Origin: Octopus sinensis
Taxonomy: Eukaryota
Assembly (NCBI RefSeq): GCF_006345805.1
Contig: NC_043006.1
Location: 3,100,001-3,164,000, forward strand
Length of the DNA: 64,000 nt
Reading direction: 5' to 3'
Below are positions 38,260 to 51,590 of this stretch, piece after piece. The position numbers and the translations under genes were made by a program. Positions within the stretch are counted from its first letter, which is position 1, and each line of letters begins with the position of its first letter. A model generated the notes under the pieces. That model was not told where the DNA came from. It made no database searches and was given only the letters and a program-made list of their open reading frames with translations.

Positions 38260-39790
38260 TTGGACCTCATTAGCCAATTTTCTACTGACATTGGGATGAA
38301 ATTTGGTGAGTCCAAATGCGTATTTTTGAAAATAAAACCTTAAAAAGTTGTGTCATTCTTTGAAAACCTAAAACTGAACGGCTCTACAGTCAGGTGACAA
38401 TTATAAGTATATCGGACAAGGTGAGATTGTCAGGTGTGATGAACGCATAAATAAGGAGAGGACCAGGAATTACTACCCCAGGAGGGTAAAGAGAATATAA
38501 TCATCGGAACTGAAACAAACTTATTGCTCACAACACCATTGCAATGTCTGTTCTCACGCCTCTATTTCGTCCTCTGAACTGGTCACTATAAGATCTCAAT
38601 GAGACAGATGTTTGAACTCGCAAGCTGCTCAATATTACAGGAAACTTCAACGTCAGTGGAGATATAGACTGGCTATACTTCCGACGCAGTGATAGTGGCC
38701 GTGATCTCAAATCTGTATTGACGTCATATAAAGCCGCGTATTGTGACTCATAAACAACATCTGCAATAAAGGAAAGAGACCAGTCACTGTACTCTCCAAA
38801 TCTGTGACCATGATGAAGTCGACATCATAACTGGGTTAGCTAATGAACTTGAGGAGTGGCATGAAATAAAAGCTGATACAGATCTCTCCCCAAGGAGAGT
38901 TGGTGAAATCTGTTTATCGGGACAAATTTTTTTTTTAATTGATCAATTCGCTGAAAAGATAGTACATCGGTCCTTGGCACGAAAAATGCAAATCATAAAA
39001 GAAACTAATCATGTCAAAAGTTTGGCATGAAGAACCGACAGGTTTATGGCATCCCACTTCGAAGGCTACCTCTATGCAAGTAAAAATCCTTCACCAAGTA
39101 CCTACAGCATAAAAGGCAGAAAACATCGACTCACAACAAATGTAGGCTGTGCAAGATCAAGACGGAAGACACCAACTACATTATTGCCAACTGTGAGAGA
39201 ATGTTTTCCAGCCATCATCTTCTCATGAGGCATGATGTGGTGGTCAGAACAGTCTGGATCGGGATAACAAAAGAGAAAGCACCTACAGACGAAGTTGATC
39301 ATATTGAGGCCGGTGGGTTAAAAGAATATTGGTTGCACTTATAAATTAAAACAGCCACCATGTTATAACACAAATGGTCAGATTTTTTGTATGGGACCAC
39401 AATGAAAAGATATGTTCTGCTGTGGAAATCCTCCGCCCTCTGGACACCAATGTAGATAGAAAATACAAGAGAAAGAGGACATCTATGGACCATTAGTAAC
39501 GAGTTTGCAAAATCCAAGATTCCTTTTCAGCTTCAAACCTATTATTATTATTGGAGCAACAGGATAGATATGAATGAGTTTGGATCAAAGTATGGCTAAA
39601 CTTAGGTTCTTGGGGAGAGAACGCAAATCCTAAATTCATACACTACAAATGATAACGATGTGTGGGACGATACAAAGCAGTAAGACCTTCTTAAGATTTA
39701 AAGGATAATGAATAGAACGAGATGCTTTCTTTCACAACCTTGAATCCAAGCAGGCGCCCGATCAAGGTTTAGCCTAAATTAAAAAGAAGA
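38260..39790 (+). mobile_element. Degenerate R4-type LINE, 5'-truncated
   Basis: STDIGMKFGESKCA, TRKLL..DIDWLY..SGRDLKS, and an RLE-like C-terminus. Heavily frameshifted. Confidence 0.75.
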
Positions 39791-39841
39791 GAACACACAC
39801 GCGCGCACACGTTCGTAAGCAAGCTACTTACCACACAGCCA

Positions 39842-39874
<33 letters not shown>

Positions 39875-39878
<4 letters not shown>

Positions 39879-40259
39879 CTCTTTTACTCTTTTACTTGTT
39901 TCAGTCATTTGACTGCGGCCATGCTGGAGCACCGCCGTTTAATCGAGCAATTCGACCCTGAGACTTATTCTATTGTAAGCCCAGTACTTATTCTATCGGT
40001 CTCTTTTGCCGAACCGCTAAGTAACGGGGACATAAACACACCAGCATCGGTTGTCAAGCAATGCTAGGGGGACAAACACAGACACGCAAACACACACACG
40101 CATATATATATATATACATATATACGACGGGCTTCTTTCAGTTTCCGTCTACCAAATCCACTCACAAGGTTTTGGTCGGCCCGAGGCTATAGTAGAAGAC
40201 ACTTGCCCAAGATGCCACGCAGTGGGACTGAACCCGGAACCATGTGGCTGGTAAACAAG

Positions 40260-40262
<3 letters not shown>
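39875..40262 (-). mobile_element. SINE family A
   Basis: Homology to other A copies. Confidence 0.9.
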
Positions 40263-40300
<38 letters not shown>

Positions 40301-40789
40301 AATGATGTAGTGTAGTTGGTGTAACCAGACACAGATCAAGGGACAGCTGTGAACAAATGAAGTAATCATGTATTGTCTCCTCTTATTCGCTTAATTTATG
40401 TATTTATATATATGTGTGTGTGCGCGCACGCGTGTATGTATGTGTTTGTGGTGCGTGCGTGTGTATATGTGTAATGAACGGAATCTGTATCACGAAACAA
40501 GGAGAGAAATTAAACAGGATTCTTGCGTCTGAAGTGGGTACTTGTGTTTAAAGATCTCTTAAAAATCATTCTTCAACATCAACAACGAAAACAAATATAT
40601 TGGTGTAGTGCTCTTTAACTTAGATCTAAATATTTTAGTTCGACGCACAATTCCATCCAGTACTTAGAAATTCGTCATCCTGAATTTGGGGAGCAATGTT
40701 TCAATGTACAATTGGATATTGAGGTTAAAAGTTGAGTTTGAACCATAAGGACATCTCACTCAGAAAAGAACGTATAATAGATTACGGAA

Positions 40790-41345
40790 CAGAACTAAAC
40801 CACACACAAACGCTCACACACACACACACATTTCGACACACGCATATACACACACTCTCAAACACACACAGTTTTACCACACACATAAACATAGACACAT
40901 GTGGTTGCAAGCACACATGCATATATACACATAAACATATGCCCATACCCACGCACGCAGTTACACACACACTGACACACACATGAACATAAATGCGTGC
41001 TCTCCTGTGCACACACCTGCGATCATGCACATTCACACACACACAAACACGCGCACACAGACGCACACACATACATGAGCATAAACGCCTGCTGTTGCAA
41101 GAAAACACACGCATACACAAACATACTCGCACACACACACATATACTCACACACGTGCACACAATTACATCCGCACTGTCACACACATGAAAATAAGTGC
41201 ATGCTCTTCCGCGCACACACATAGAACCATGCACACACACACACACACACACATACTGAGAGACGCACTCACTGACACATGCATAAAGACAAACACGTGA
41301 TATCGCCTGCACACACACATGCACACACTTGTACATACATCAAAT
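40790..41345. repeat. Degenerate (CA)-rich low-complexity tract
   Basis: Directly visible. Confidence 0.85.
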
Positions 41346-41720
41346 ACAAAGACTTACACACACATATATACAAACAAGCACTCATGCACACAAAATTTTT
41401 TTTTCAAAATGACAAAACAGACAATCCGTAAACATTACAAAATACTTAAATACTTAGATTCTTAGATAAGTTTCAGTCAGGATTGACCCAGCCCATGTCT
41501 AACTCAACAGCACCATCTGGGAAAGATATTTATAGATGTTTCATATTAGTCATTCTCCGGGCACTACAGCCTATTCGAGTGGAGAGTCATCGTTTGCCGA
41601 GATATATCAGGGAGCAGGTGGTTTATCCGGAATTTGTTGGAGACATTCGTCCAGAAACTGTTTAAATATTAGAGGATCTTTTTCTGTTCTTATGTGTCCT
41701 AGTATGATGATGCGTCTTGG

Positions 41721-41772
<52 letters not shown>

Positions 41773-41774
<2 letters not shown>

Positions 41775-42184
41775 TATTTAGAGATAGAAGTCCCCATGAA
41801 AAGCATCAAATCCTAATATACATCACACCATATCATAGAATTTTATTTTAATGCTTTCTAATCATTTCTAAATTTCTCTGCTACACGTGTTTCTTGAGGT
41901 TCGTTTTACCGTTCCTTAAACACGCAGTCTTTTACAGGAAAATTTCTTAAATATTTCTCCTTGAATTATAATAAAGTTATTAAGAGACCTGACGATTGGG
42001 GATGCGTTTAAGAAATGTTTCTGTAAAAGACTGCGTGTTTAAGGAACATTAAACACACCTCATGAAACACGTGTAGCAGAGAAATTTAGAAATGATTAGA
42101 AAGTATTAAAATAAAATTCTATTATATGGTGTGATTTATATTAGGATTTGATGTTTTGCATGGGGACTTCTATCTCTAAATAAC
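41773..42184. repeat. About 412-bp imperfect palindrome (arms about 180 bp, loop about 55 bp)
   Basis: GTTATTTAGAGATAGAAGTCCCCATG...CATGGGGACTTCTATCTCTAAATAAC; arms align throughout. Confidence 0.95.
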
Positions 42185-42255
42185 ATATATTTCCTTATCG
42201 AGAATAATTCATTTTATTTGAATCCCTGTGACGCCGGAATTTTTATTCTCTAATA

Positions 42256-42312
<57 letters not shown>

Positions 42313-42319
42313 ATATATA

Positions 42320-42359
<40 letters not shown>

Positions 42360-42361
<2 letters not shown>

Positions 42362-42617
42362 CAATCGTATTTTACTTGTTTCAGTCATTTGACTGCGGCC
42401 ATGCTGGGGTACCACCTTGAAGAATTTTAGTCGAACGAATCGATTCCAGAAGAGTAGCCTAGTACTTATTCTATCGGTGTCTTTTGCCGGACCGCTAAGC
42501 TACGGGGGCGTAAGCACACCAACACCGGTTGTCAAGCGGTGGTGGGGGCACAAAAACAGACACAAAGGCACGCATACATATATACATGCATAGGTATATA
42601 TATAACATATATATATG

Positions 42618-42665
<48 letters not shown>

Positions 42666-43072
42666 CGTGTGTGGGTGTGTATACGACGGCCTTCTTTCAT
42701 TTCCACAAGGCTTTGGTCGGCCCGAGGCTATAATAGAAGACACTAGCCCAAGGTGCCACGCAGTGGGGCTGAATCCGGAACCATGTGGCTGGTACGCAAG
42801 CTTCTTATTTCTTTACTGCCCACAAGGGGCTACACACAGAGGGGACAAGCAAGGACAGACAACGGATTAAGTCGATTATATCGACCCCAGTGCGTAACTG
42901 GTACTTATTTAATCGACCCCGAAAGGATGAAAGGCAAAGTCAACCTCGGCGGAATTTGAACTCAGAGCGTAGCGGCAGACAAAATACCGCTAAACATTTC
43001 GCCCGTCGTGCTAACGTTTCTGCCAGCTCGCCGCCTTAGCAAGCTTCTAACCATACAGCCACGCCTGCGCCT
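42360..43072 (-). mobile_element. SINE A interrupted by SINE B (42806-43038) with 10-bp TSD
   Basis: GCAAGCTTCT at 42796-42805 and 43039-43048; the A head resumes after the insertion. Confidence 0.9.
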
Positions 43073-43544
43073 GCACAGTCACACCTGCACCTGCTGAGCC
43101 ATGCCTGTGCTTGCACAGTGATGCCTATATATATGCAAAGTGTTGTAAAGTGACGAACAACAGAGCTGGCAGAAAAATCAAGAAAATCAAGGGACCGTCG
43201 ATTGTTCGAAGATGCTGAACGATTGGGTCCCTTCAGCTTCTTTTCCTCTAAGCTATTTTTTGCTGAACTACCTGCAAAAATGAATTGTTTGTAGTGATCC
43301 TATGTATGTGTCATGCACTAGCTCAGTCCCTCCATTAAACCGACGTTGCCTGAAAAGGTGTAAGGTGTACCACAGGTGTCGAAAGAATAGCTGAGCAAAT
43401 GTGAGATGAAGTGTTTTGCTCAAGAACAACTCCCCACCCTGTCTAGGAATTGAAACCATTATGTCACGATCGTCAGTGCAACACTCAAACCGCTTGGACT
43501 TGCGCCTTCATACACTTCAACTTACTCGAGAGAAAATTATGTTT

Positions 43545-43806
43545 TTTGTTCTTTCTCGAGCCATGCCTAGCTCATAAGGGCCGGTTTCCCGGTTTCCTTG
43601 GCGTATAGGTTTCCCACCGGGACGGGACGCCGGTCCGTCACAGGTGAGCTGCTAGATGCAGGACGAAAAAGCGAGAGAAAGTTGTGGTGAAAGAGTCAGC
43701 AGAAGTTCGCCATTGTCCCTTGATGGAGCCGCCTGGAGCTTAGGTGCTTCGTTCATACACACGCACATCACCCGGGCCTGAGATTCGAACCCGCGATCCC
43801 TCGACA
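43545..43806 (-). mobile_element. SINE family C2, 5'-truncated
   Basis: Reverse complement matches 47922-48205. Confidence 0.8.
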
Positions 43807-44505
43807 TATCTTTAACTTGTTCTAAACTGGTATGTTTTAAATTTAAGAAGAACAATTAGTAATTTTCAAACATTACTCACTATAGCCTTCACTCTTAAGT
43901 GAGACCTTATAACTTGTACCTATTTCTTTAATTGTTTTAGGTGCTTGTGTAGTCGTGAGAAGACAGATGCTCTCTCGGCCCTTCAACTCTTTGACCCTGC
44001 AGAACATCAAGGATGTGACAGCTGGAGAGAAAGGTGGCTGCACCTGAATAAAGCTGTTACTCATTTTCAGTTAAGTGCAGTGGGACAACGTGAATTAATG
44101 CACCTTGCAAAATACCACCCTGTCCAGGAATGGAATCACCCAACTTTTGTTCCTGAGACCAATACATAATTCACGCTACAATGCACCTTCATCACTTAAT
44201 AGTCATTAGCCTTTTGGGGGTCTTCCCATTCAGGATTAGAACCCAGTGTTGTCACACTCTGCAGCTTTCTCTTCGGTGACGATGGAAATGACAGAATTAC
44301 TGATATATTCAAGCTAAAACCATGCTTGATATGATACAGACATTCTTGAAGCAATGGTTCTGATTCCAAATCAATAACAATCCTCTTTAAGTTTAAATAT
44401 AGGCTAAGAGCAGCTCAGTTTGTTGTGAGAAAACCTAAACTATAAATACATTAGTATTCTTTCTCACGTTTTACAACCCAACCCTCCCCCCCCTGTATAT
44501 ATATA

Positions 44506-44570
<65 letters not shown>

Positions 44571-45367
44571 CATATATATATATATATATGTGGTGTGTGG
44601 TGTAACAGGTATGATGCTGTAGTTTTTGGCCGAAAGGAAATCTCTTCAAAGACATACTGTGTTAAGAACACAGGATGTATATACACACATACATACATAT
44701 ATGTGTATATATATATGTATGTATAATATGTAAGTTTGGAATAATATTCCCTAATATTATACGCACACACACACATACACACATATATATATGAACGTCA
44801 GACGCGTTTCGGTTTACTTGAGGCCTTACCAATAAGATTTCCTTGCTAGTCATATATCTAGAAAAAAATCTGTCCCTTTATATTCCCCTTATATATATAT
44901 AAAAAACAGTAACTATTACATTCACACGTATTGAGGACAACACTACCAGCATCGTGCTTGTCAACGATGTATATACGTTAAGTGTGATACACAGATGGCT
45001 ATTTCAATTTAATATTGTTTCAAATGCCTAGTCTGTGATTTTATTCAGCTTGGCGGCTCTCCGCTATGTCAGTGAATGTAATATTCACTGTTTCCCATAT
45101 ATCGGAGGGGACATGCACATGACTAGTGAGTGCGTCATTTTCCTTAAATGCTGCTATCTCACACTCTCCTTAATGCTGAAAGAAGTTACGTCTCATCCAG
45201 AACAAACACTTCAAATTAAGACCCAACCTTCAGACCTCAGTTATCAGCCAAATCATAGAGAAAAAGTTTACGTCCATTTCTAGTTCAAGCAGTTTGGTTT
45301 CCTTCCAGTACATCTGCTGCATTGCGATAGGATGTTGAAACAGCTAGTTGATATTTACATGTAGATG

Positions 45368-45750
45368 AGTGGAGGCGCAATGGCCCAGTGGTTAGGGCAG
45401 CGGACTCGCGGTCGTAGGATCGCGGTTTCGATTCCCAGACCGGGCGTTGTGAGTGTTTATTGAGCGAAAACACCTAAAGCTCCATGAGGCTCCGGCAGGG
45501 TTGGTGGTGATCCCTGCTGTACTCTTTCATCACAACTTTCTCTCACTCCTTCTTCCTGTTTCTGTTGTACCTGTATTTCAAAGGGCCGGCCTTGTCACTC
45601 TCTGTGTCACGCTGAATATCCCCGAGAACTACGTTAAGGGTACACGTGTCTGTGGAGTGCTCAGCCACTTGCACGTTAATTTCACGAGCAAGCTGTTCCG
45701 TTGATCGGATCAGCCGGAACCCTCATCGTCGTAACCGACGGAGTGCTTCC
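45368..45750 (+). mobile_element. tRNA-derived SINE family C, full length, 11-bp TSD
   Basis: Head GGCCCAGTGGTTAGGGCAGCGGACTCGCGG..GTTTCGATTCC (Arg-like TCG); TSD ACATGTAGATG at 45357-45367 and 45751-45761. Confidence 0.92.
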
Positions 45751-46242
45751 ACATGTAGATGTATTATAGATAAACTGTTGATCGAAAAGAGATGGAGTGA
45801 GGAGATTGACAAAAAGAAAAAATAATAATAAATAAGTAAAAAAGATTAACGGCGATGTTTTTTTTTCATTTCAATGTCCAAATATAGGCTTAGGGTTGAC
45901 AAGTGTGCATTCAAGTTACTTGCAAAAATGCTCACAGCCCACACTAACGCATGCCCGACCCTAATTTTCCCACGACCCACGTTGGGAAACACTGGTCTAG
46001 AGTTACCTCTCTTCGAAATTTCCCACTGATAACAGCTAAAGAGCTAGAAACTCCTATGGTAATCTGACAGGGGACAACACTGGACAAATATGGTGCTTTC
46101 ACACCTTTTTACCATAAGGGAGAATTTTTTCTCCATGGTAACTGCAATGAATTTGTCTTTAGAAGTTGAAATAAGTCACAAACATATTTTAACTAACCCA
46201 AAATTTACCCATGCTTAAACGCTGCTTGGCAGTGATACTCTT

Positions 46243-46292
<50 letters not shown>

Positions 46293-46550
46293 ACAAAGTG
46301 ACACACATATATATATATATATAGTAATATAATTATTAAATCGAATTAAATCGAATTAAATCAAATTTATATCGAATTAATTCTAATAGTATCGATTTTA
46401 TTATTATCGATTTAAAGATATAGTCGCGAAACGCGCGTAATCAATTTAATGCTTATTTAATTTAGTGATTTAAAAAAATATCTATTATAGTATATTTAAA
46501 TTTTTTTGTAATATCTTTCACTATTGAATTACTTAATAGAGGTTATTCTC

Positions 46551-46554
<4 letters not shown>

Positions 46555-46629
<75 letters not shown>

Positions 46630-46654
46630 TATATATATCTATATATATATATAT

Positions 46655-46680
<26 letters not shown>
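46555..46680. repeat. Long (TA)n microsatellite
   Basis: Directly visible. Similar tracts at 26360-26470, 37195-37240 and 57890-58050. Confidence 0.97.
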
Positions 46681-46685
<5 letters not shown>

Positions 46686-47324
46686 GTATGTATGTATAAA
46701 CGAAAAGCATTTTAAATTCTTGCGAAGCTCTTCGTTTAGTCTGATGCGGAGACGTATTTTTCTTGTACTGCAAATCTTTACTAGGTGATGCTTCAAGTAT
46801 CTAGCTATTACTCTGTTTGTAGCCGAAGTCTTATCAACTGAAGTATCGCACAGGATGCTGCTTTTAGCATTGTAAGTAAAATTGTCAACATTTTTGCCAT
46901 CACTGCTATCTTGTATCATCTACAGTGCTACATGGTTGTGGCGGAGCATTTCGATAAAAAAAAACAACCCCAAAAACAAAACTGTGAAGTCGCATAGTTC
47001 AAAAAGGGAAAGTTTGACAATTATTTGTAAGTGGCTATCCTGCTGGGTGGTGATAACACAACTTTTGGAGAACAAGGCCTATGTAATGAGATTCATAAGT
47101 GTTTCGATATTTGCAACAAGACTTCACAGGTCATATGACACCCAGTGAATGATATTTTGATATTTCATGTTGACAGTCACTGTCCGAGATCCCTGACAGC
47201 AAGCATTTACACGATACATACATGCATGCGTACGTAGGTACATGCATACATGCATGCACACATACATATAATATATAATACATAACAATATATAATATAA
47301 TGTAATATAATATATGTATATTCT

Positions 47325-47514
47325 TTTATTCTTTTATTCTTGTTTCAGTCATTTGACTGCGGCCGTGCTGGAGCACCATCAAACGAATCGACCCCAGGAC
47401 TTATTCTTTGTACTTATTCTAGCCTAGTACTTATTCTATCGGTCTTTTCCGGAACCGCTAGGTTACGTGGACGTAAACACATCAGCATCGGCTGTCAAGC
47501 GATTTGGGGGAGAG

Positions 47515-47560
<46 letters not shown>

Positions 47561-47715
47561 GACGGGCTTCTTTCAGTTTCCGTCTACCAAATCCACATAC
47601 AAGTCTTTGGTCGCTCCCAGGCTATAGTAGAAGACACTTGCCCAAGGTGCCACGTAGGGAGTGAACACGGAAACATGTGATTGGTAAGCAAGCTACTTAC
47701 CACACAGCCACTCCT
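47325..47715 (-). mobile_element. SINE family A
   Basis: Homology to other A copies. Confidence 0.88.
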
Positions 47716-47787
47716 GCTTCTCTCTCTCTCTCTCTCCTTTCTCTCTCTCTCTCTGTATGTATGTATGTATGTATGTATGTATGTATA

Positions 47788-47853
<66 letters not shown>

Positions 47854-47865
47854 CACACACACACA

Positions 47866-47908
<43 letters not shown>

Positions 47909-47921
47909 CATACACATACAC

Positions 47922-48205
47922 GTGGAGGCACATGGCCAAGTGGTTGGTGCAGCGGACTTGCGGTCGAGGGATCGTGGGTTCGAATCTCAAACCGGGCGAT
48001 GGGTGTGTTTATGAGCGAAACACCTAAGCTCTACGCGGCTCCAGCAGAAGGTAATGGCGAACTTCTGCTGACTCCTCCGCCACAACTTTCTCTTACTCTT
48101 TCCTCCTGCATCTTGCAGCTCACCTGCGACGGACCGGCGTCCCGTCCAGGTGGGGAACCTATACGCCATGGAAACCGGGAGACCGACCCTTATGAGTCAA
48201 GCATG
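47922..48205 (+). mobile_element. SINE family C2
   Basis: tRNA-like head GGCCAAGTGGTTGG..GGTTCGAATCTC; inserted in a CA/TA microsatellite. Confidence 0.85.
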
Positions 48206-48274
48206 ACAAGAACAAACAATATACATAGGCACATACGTATATATACATATGTATGTATACACACACACACACAC

Positions 48275-48322
<48 letters not shown>

Positions 48323-48348
48323 TATATAAATATGCATATATATGTGTG

Positions 48349-49238
48349 TGTGGTCTGGTCAATAAGTATTTGGACTGTTGCCATAGTAACGAAGCTAAAG
48401 CCCACAGAGTAAAGCCGCTAAGCACAAACTGACTTTGAACTCTGTTGTGCATGCGCACTAAGTTTTACCGTTGTATCACACTTCCGCTGTTTACAGCAAT
48501 GCTTGGAATGAAGGTGTGTAGCGCATGATCGTCGCATTGTCCGTGACAGAGAAAGTTGAGCAGAGAATCTGCATCAAATTTTGCCAAAAGCTTTGATATA
48601 CCTACTCAGAGGCTTACGCAAAGTTTTCAAAAAGTTTCCATCATTCCCAACACAATCAAGGAGATCTTGTGCGACTGAAACCCGAGTGTCATTTTGGTCA
48701 GCTGAAAGCAATTTTGGCACAAACTTGGCAAACACGCGTGTTATACCCAAATCTTCAATGATAATGGACAGAACTGAATCGTAACTAATCTGCACACCCT
48801 CTGATAATTCGCGGATTCGATGATTTCCCCTCACTGCTACACGCACATCTGCGATGTTTCTCTCAGTTCTGCTGGTTGCGGGTCTCCCAGGATGTTCATC
48901 AATATCGGCATTTTTTTGGCCACCTTGGAAACGTCTGAACCATTCGTACACTTGAGTGTGGCTCATACTTTCCACTCCATACACTTTCGGCAACTATGCG
49001 TAGGCCTCTGAGCACGTATCGCTATAACAACTTTCTCTGTCATGGTCAATGCGACGATCACACGCTACACACCTTCCCTCCAATCACTGCTATAAACAAC
49101 GGAAATGAGTTAGAACGTTAAAACTTAGTGCGCATGCACAGCAGAGTTCAAGGTCAATCTGTGCCTAGTGGCTTCATTCTGCATGATTTACCTTCGTTAC
49201 TATAGCAACAGTCCGGATATTTATTGACCAGGCCCAGG
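48349..49238 (-). mobile_element. Fold-back mariner derivative, second copy
   Basis: Same inversion junction as 32719-33568. ORF 48574-48993 encodes WFRRFQGG..PGRP HTH and AKFVPKLL. Confidence 0.92.
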
Positions 49239-50059
49239 CCTCTTGTGTGTGTATACATGCATACATACACACACACACACATATATATATATATACACAT
49301 TTAATATAACAAATGCGAAAACTTATTTCTGTGTGTCAGTGTGTAACACTTAGACCCCCTCTCACTATTCAATGATACTCATACTATTCCTCATGATGGG
49401 GAAAGAGTAACAGTAAGCATAGAGAAGGTGAGGGCTATGGCGGAGACAGAGAGAGAGAGAGAGAGAGTGAGAGAGGGAAAGAGGGAGAGAAAGAAAAAGA
49501 GAAGGAGAGAAAGAGAGACAACGAAATTAAGGGGTCGATGTAATCGACCTACTCCCGCCACCGACATTGCTGGCCTTGGGTAAAGAACTTGTTTTGGAGA
49601 CAATTCTGTGATATGTTAATTAGCCCATAACTGGCAGGTACTACCACACCGGGCCTGATTAGACCTGGGAACAATAACGGCTAAGACGTGATTCCACACT
49701 TTGAAAAGCTTTAGAATTCCCAAACCAGGATCCCTCTAACGGATGTAGTTTAAAGCTATACTTTGGGAAAGTGTATACATATACATAAAGTCAAATGCTA
49801 AGTTTTTGAGATTTTCTCTGTTCTGATGTTCTCAAATTTCCATTACTCAATATCAGATTGCAAATTATGCCTTTTTTAGTTGCATCTTGGTCAGTTACAC
49901 AGGTAAAGCCAAATCAGACATTTTTATTGACAGAAAAAATTTTGACAGACGACATTTTTGTGTGTGTGTGTGTGTGGGGGGATATGGGTGAACGATAAAA
50001 TAAAGGAAATTATCAAGCGTCAAAAGGTGACAAAAGTTTTGATGAAAAACTGTTGTCCA

Positions 50060-50325
50060 CACTATCGGCTGCGGGGTCATTCCGAAAAGCTCTACCTGCG
50101 ACGATTTCATCTCAATCGAAGGAGAGGAGCTTTCTCCGTCCGGGTTGCGGATCCGTGGAACAAGCTGCCAGACGAAATGGTGAAGATGCCGACGACCGCT
50201 TTGTTAAAGCCTCCTGGGACCTCAAGTGGCCTGAACTCTTTACATGAACACCACCCTGTACTTAACTCCATGTCCCCCTACATGGCCTTGCTATTTGCTT
50301 TTGAGCCAAATTAACTAACTAACTA
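50060..50325 (+). mobile_element. CR1-type LINE extreme 3' end, same family as 14955-17072
   Basis: RLRGHSEKLYLRRFHLNRRRGAFSVR, 3' UTR, (TAAC)n tail. Confidence 0.92.
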
Positions 50326-50597
50326 TCTTATACAATAATGACAAATTGACACACCGATTAAAAGTGAATGAATAATTCGGTTGATGCTGACTCTGTATTT
50401 TTTGGCGATGAAAATGAGTAAAAAAGACATGAAAATCGAGAAAAATGTCAGACAAGCAGAATGACGCTGTCATAATTAATTACCAAAACAATAGGAAAGT
50501 GTGTGGCTTCCAACTCCTTCCTTTAGTAATGGTTGTACGAGTTTCTATCGCTGTCGTTCTTGCTGGGAAACTAGCGTACACCATTATTAGATGCGTT

Positions 50598-50810
50598 GAG
50601 GGCGGTGAGCTGGCAAAATCGTTAGCACGCCGGACGAAATGCTTAGCGGCATTTCGTCCGTCTTTATCTTCTGAGGTGAAATTCCGCCAAGGTCGATTTT
50701 GTCGCCAAAGGGCCTTTCGAGGTCTATAAAATAAATACCACGTGATCACTGGGGTCGATGTAATCGACCTACTCACGCCACCGACATTGCTGGCCTTGGG
50801 TAAAGAACGC
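50598..50810 (+). mobile_element. SINE family B
   Basis: Homology to other B copies. Confidence 0.85.
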
Positions 50811-51062
50811 TCGATCTACAAAATATATCGATTACTTTTCTTATAAAAGGAAGTTATACATGCATACATATATACATACTTACATACATACATACACACA
50901 TACATGCATACACACATACATACAAACATACATACATATACACACACACACATGCATACAAACAGATATACATACATACTTACATACATACATACACATA
51001 CACAGAAACAAGGAGAGAAAAAATGTGTGTGTATATATATAATACAATATATATATGTATTT

Positions 51063-51108
<46 letters not shown>

Positions 51109-51202
51109 TATACATCACACCACACACTTATATATATATACCTATATATACATATATGTATGTATATATGGAAAAAAATTATTTAAAAATCTGAGCAGAT
51201 CC

Positions 51203-51283
<81 letters not shown>

Positions 51284-51550
51284 AATAGAAATATGTTACG
51301 AAAAGAAAATATAAATACACGTGGAATGTAAGGGTAAAATATGAAAAATCAACGAAAATGTAAATTGCAAATAAAAAAAGGTTATTTATGACAGGTAACG
51401 ACAAATATATACATTTAGATTGACTGAGGTAGTAATAAGAGTCATAAAAGTCATTATTATGAGATGATTATAAGATGATAATAAAGAGAACAAAACGAAC
51501 CAATGATTCACGCAACGCTATTCATCGTTTGAACAACACCGGTTAATAGG

Positions 51551-51590
<40 letters not shown>

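Noticed and set aside
43941-44033. Plus-strand exon-like segment after a strong acceptor
   Set aside because: The sequence appears to be the antisense body of a SINE D-like copy and two frames are open, so there is no support for a host exon.
45368-45445. Functional tRNA-Arg gene (and other SINE heads as tRNA genes)
   Set aside because: The acceptor stem is not formed and the head continues into a repeated SINE body with a TSD.
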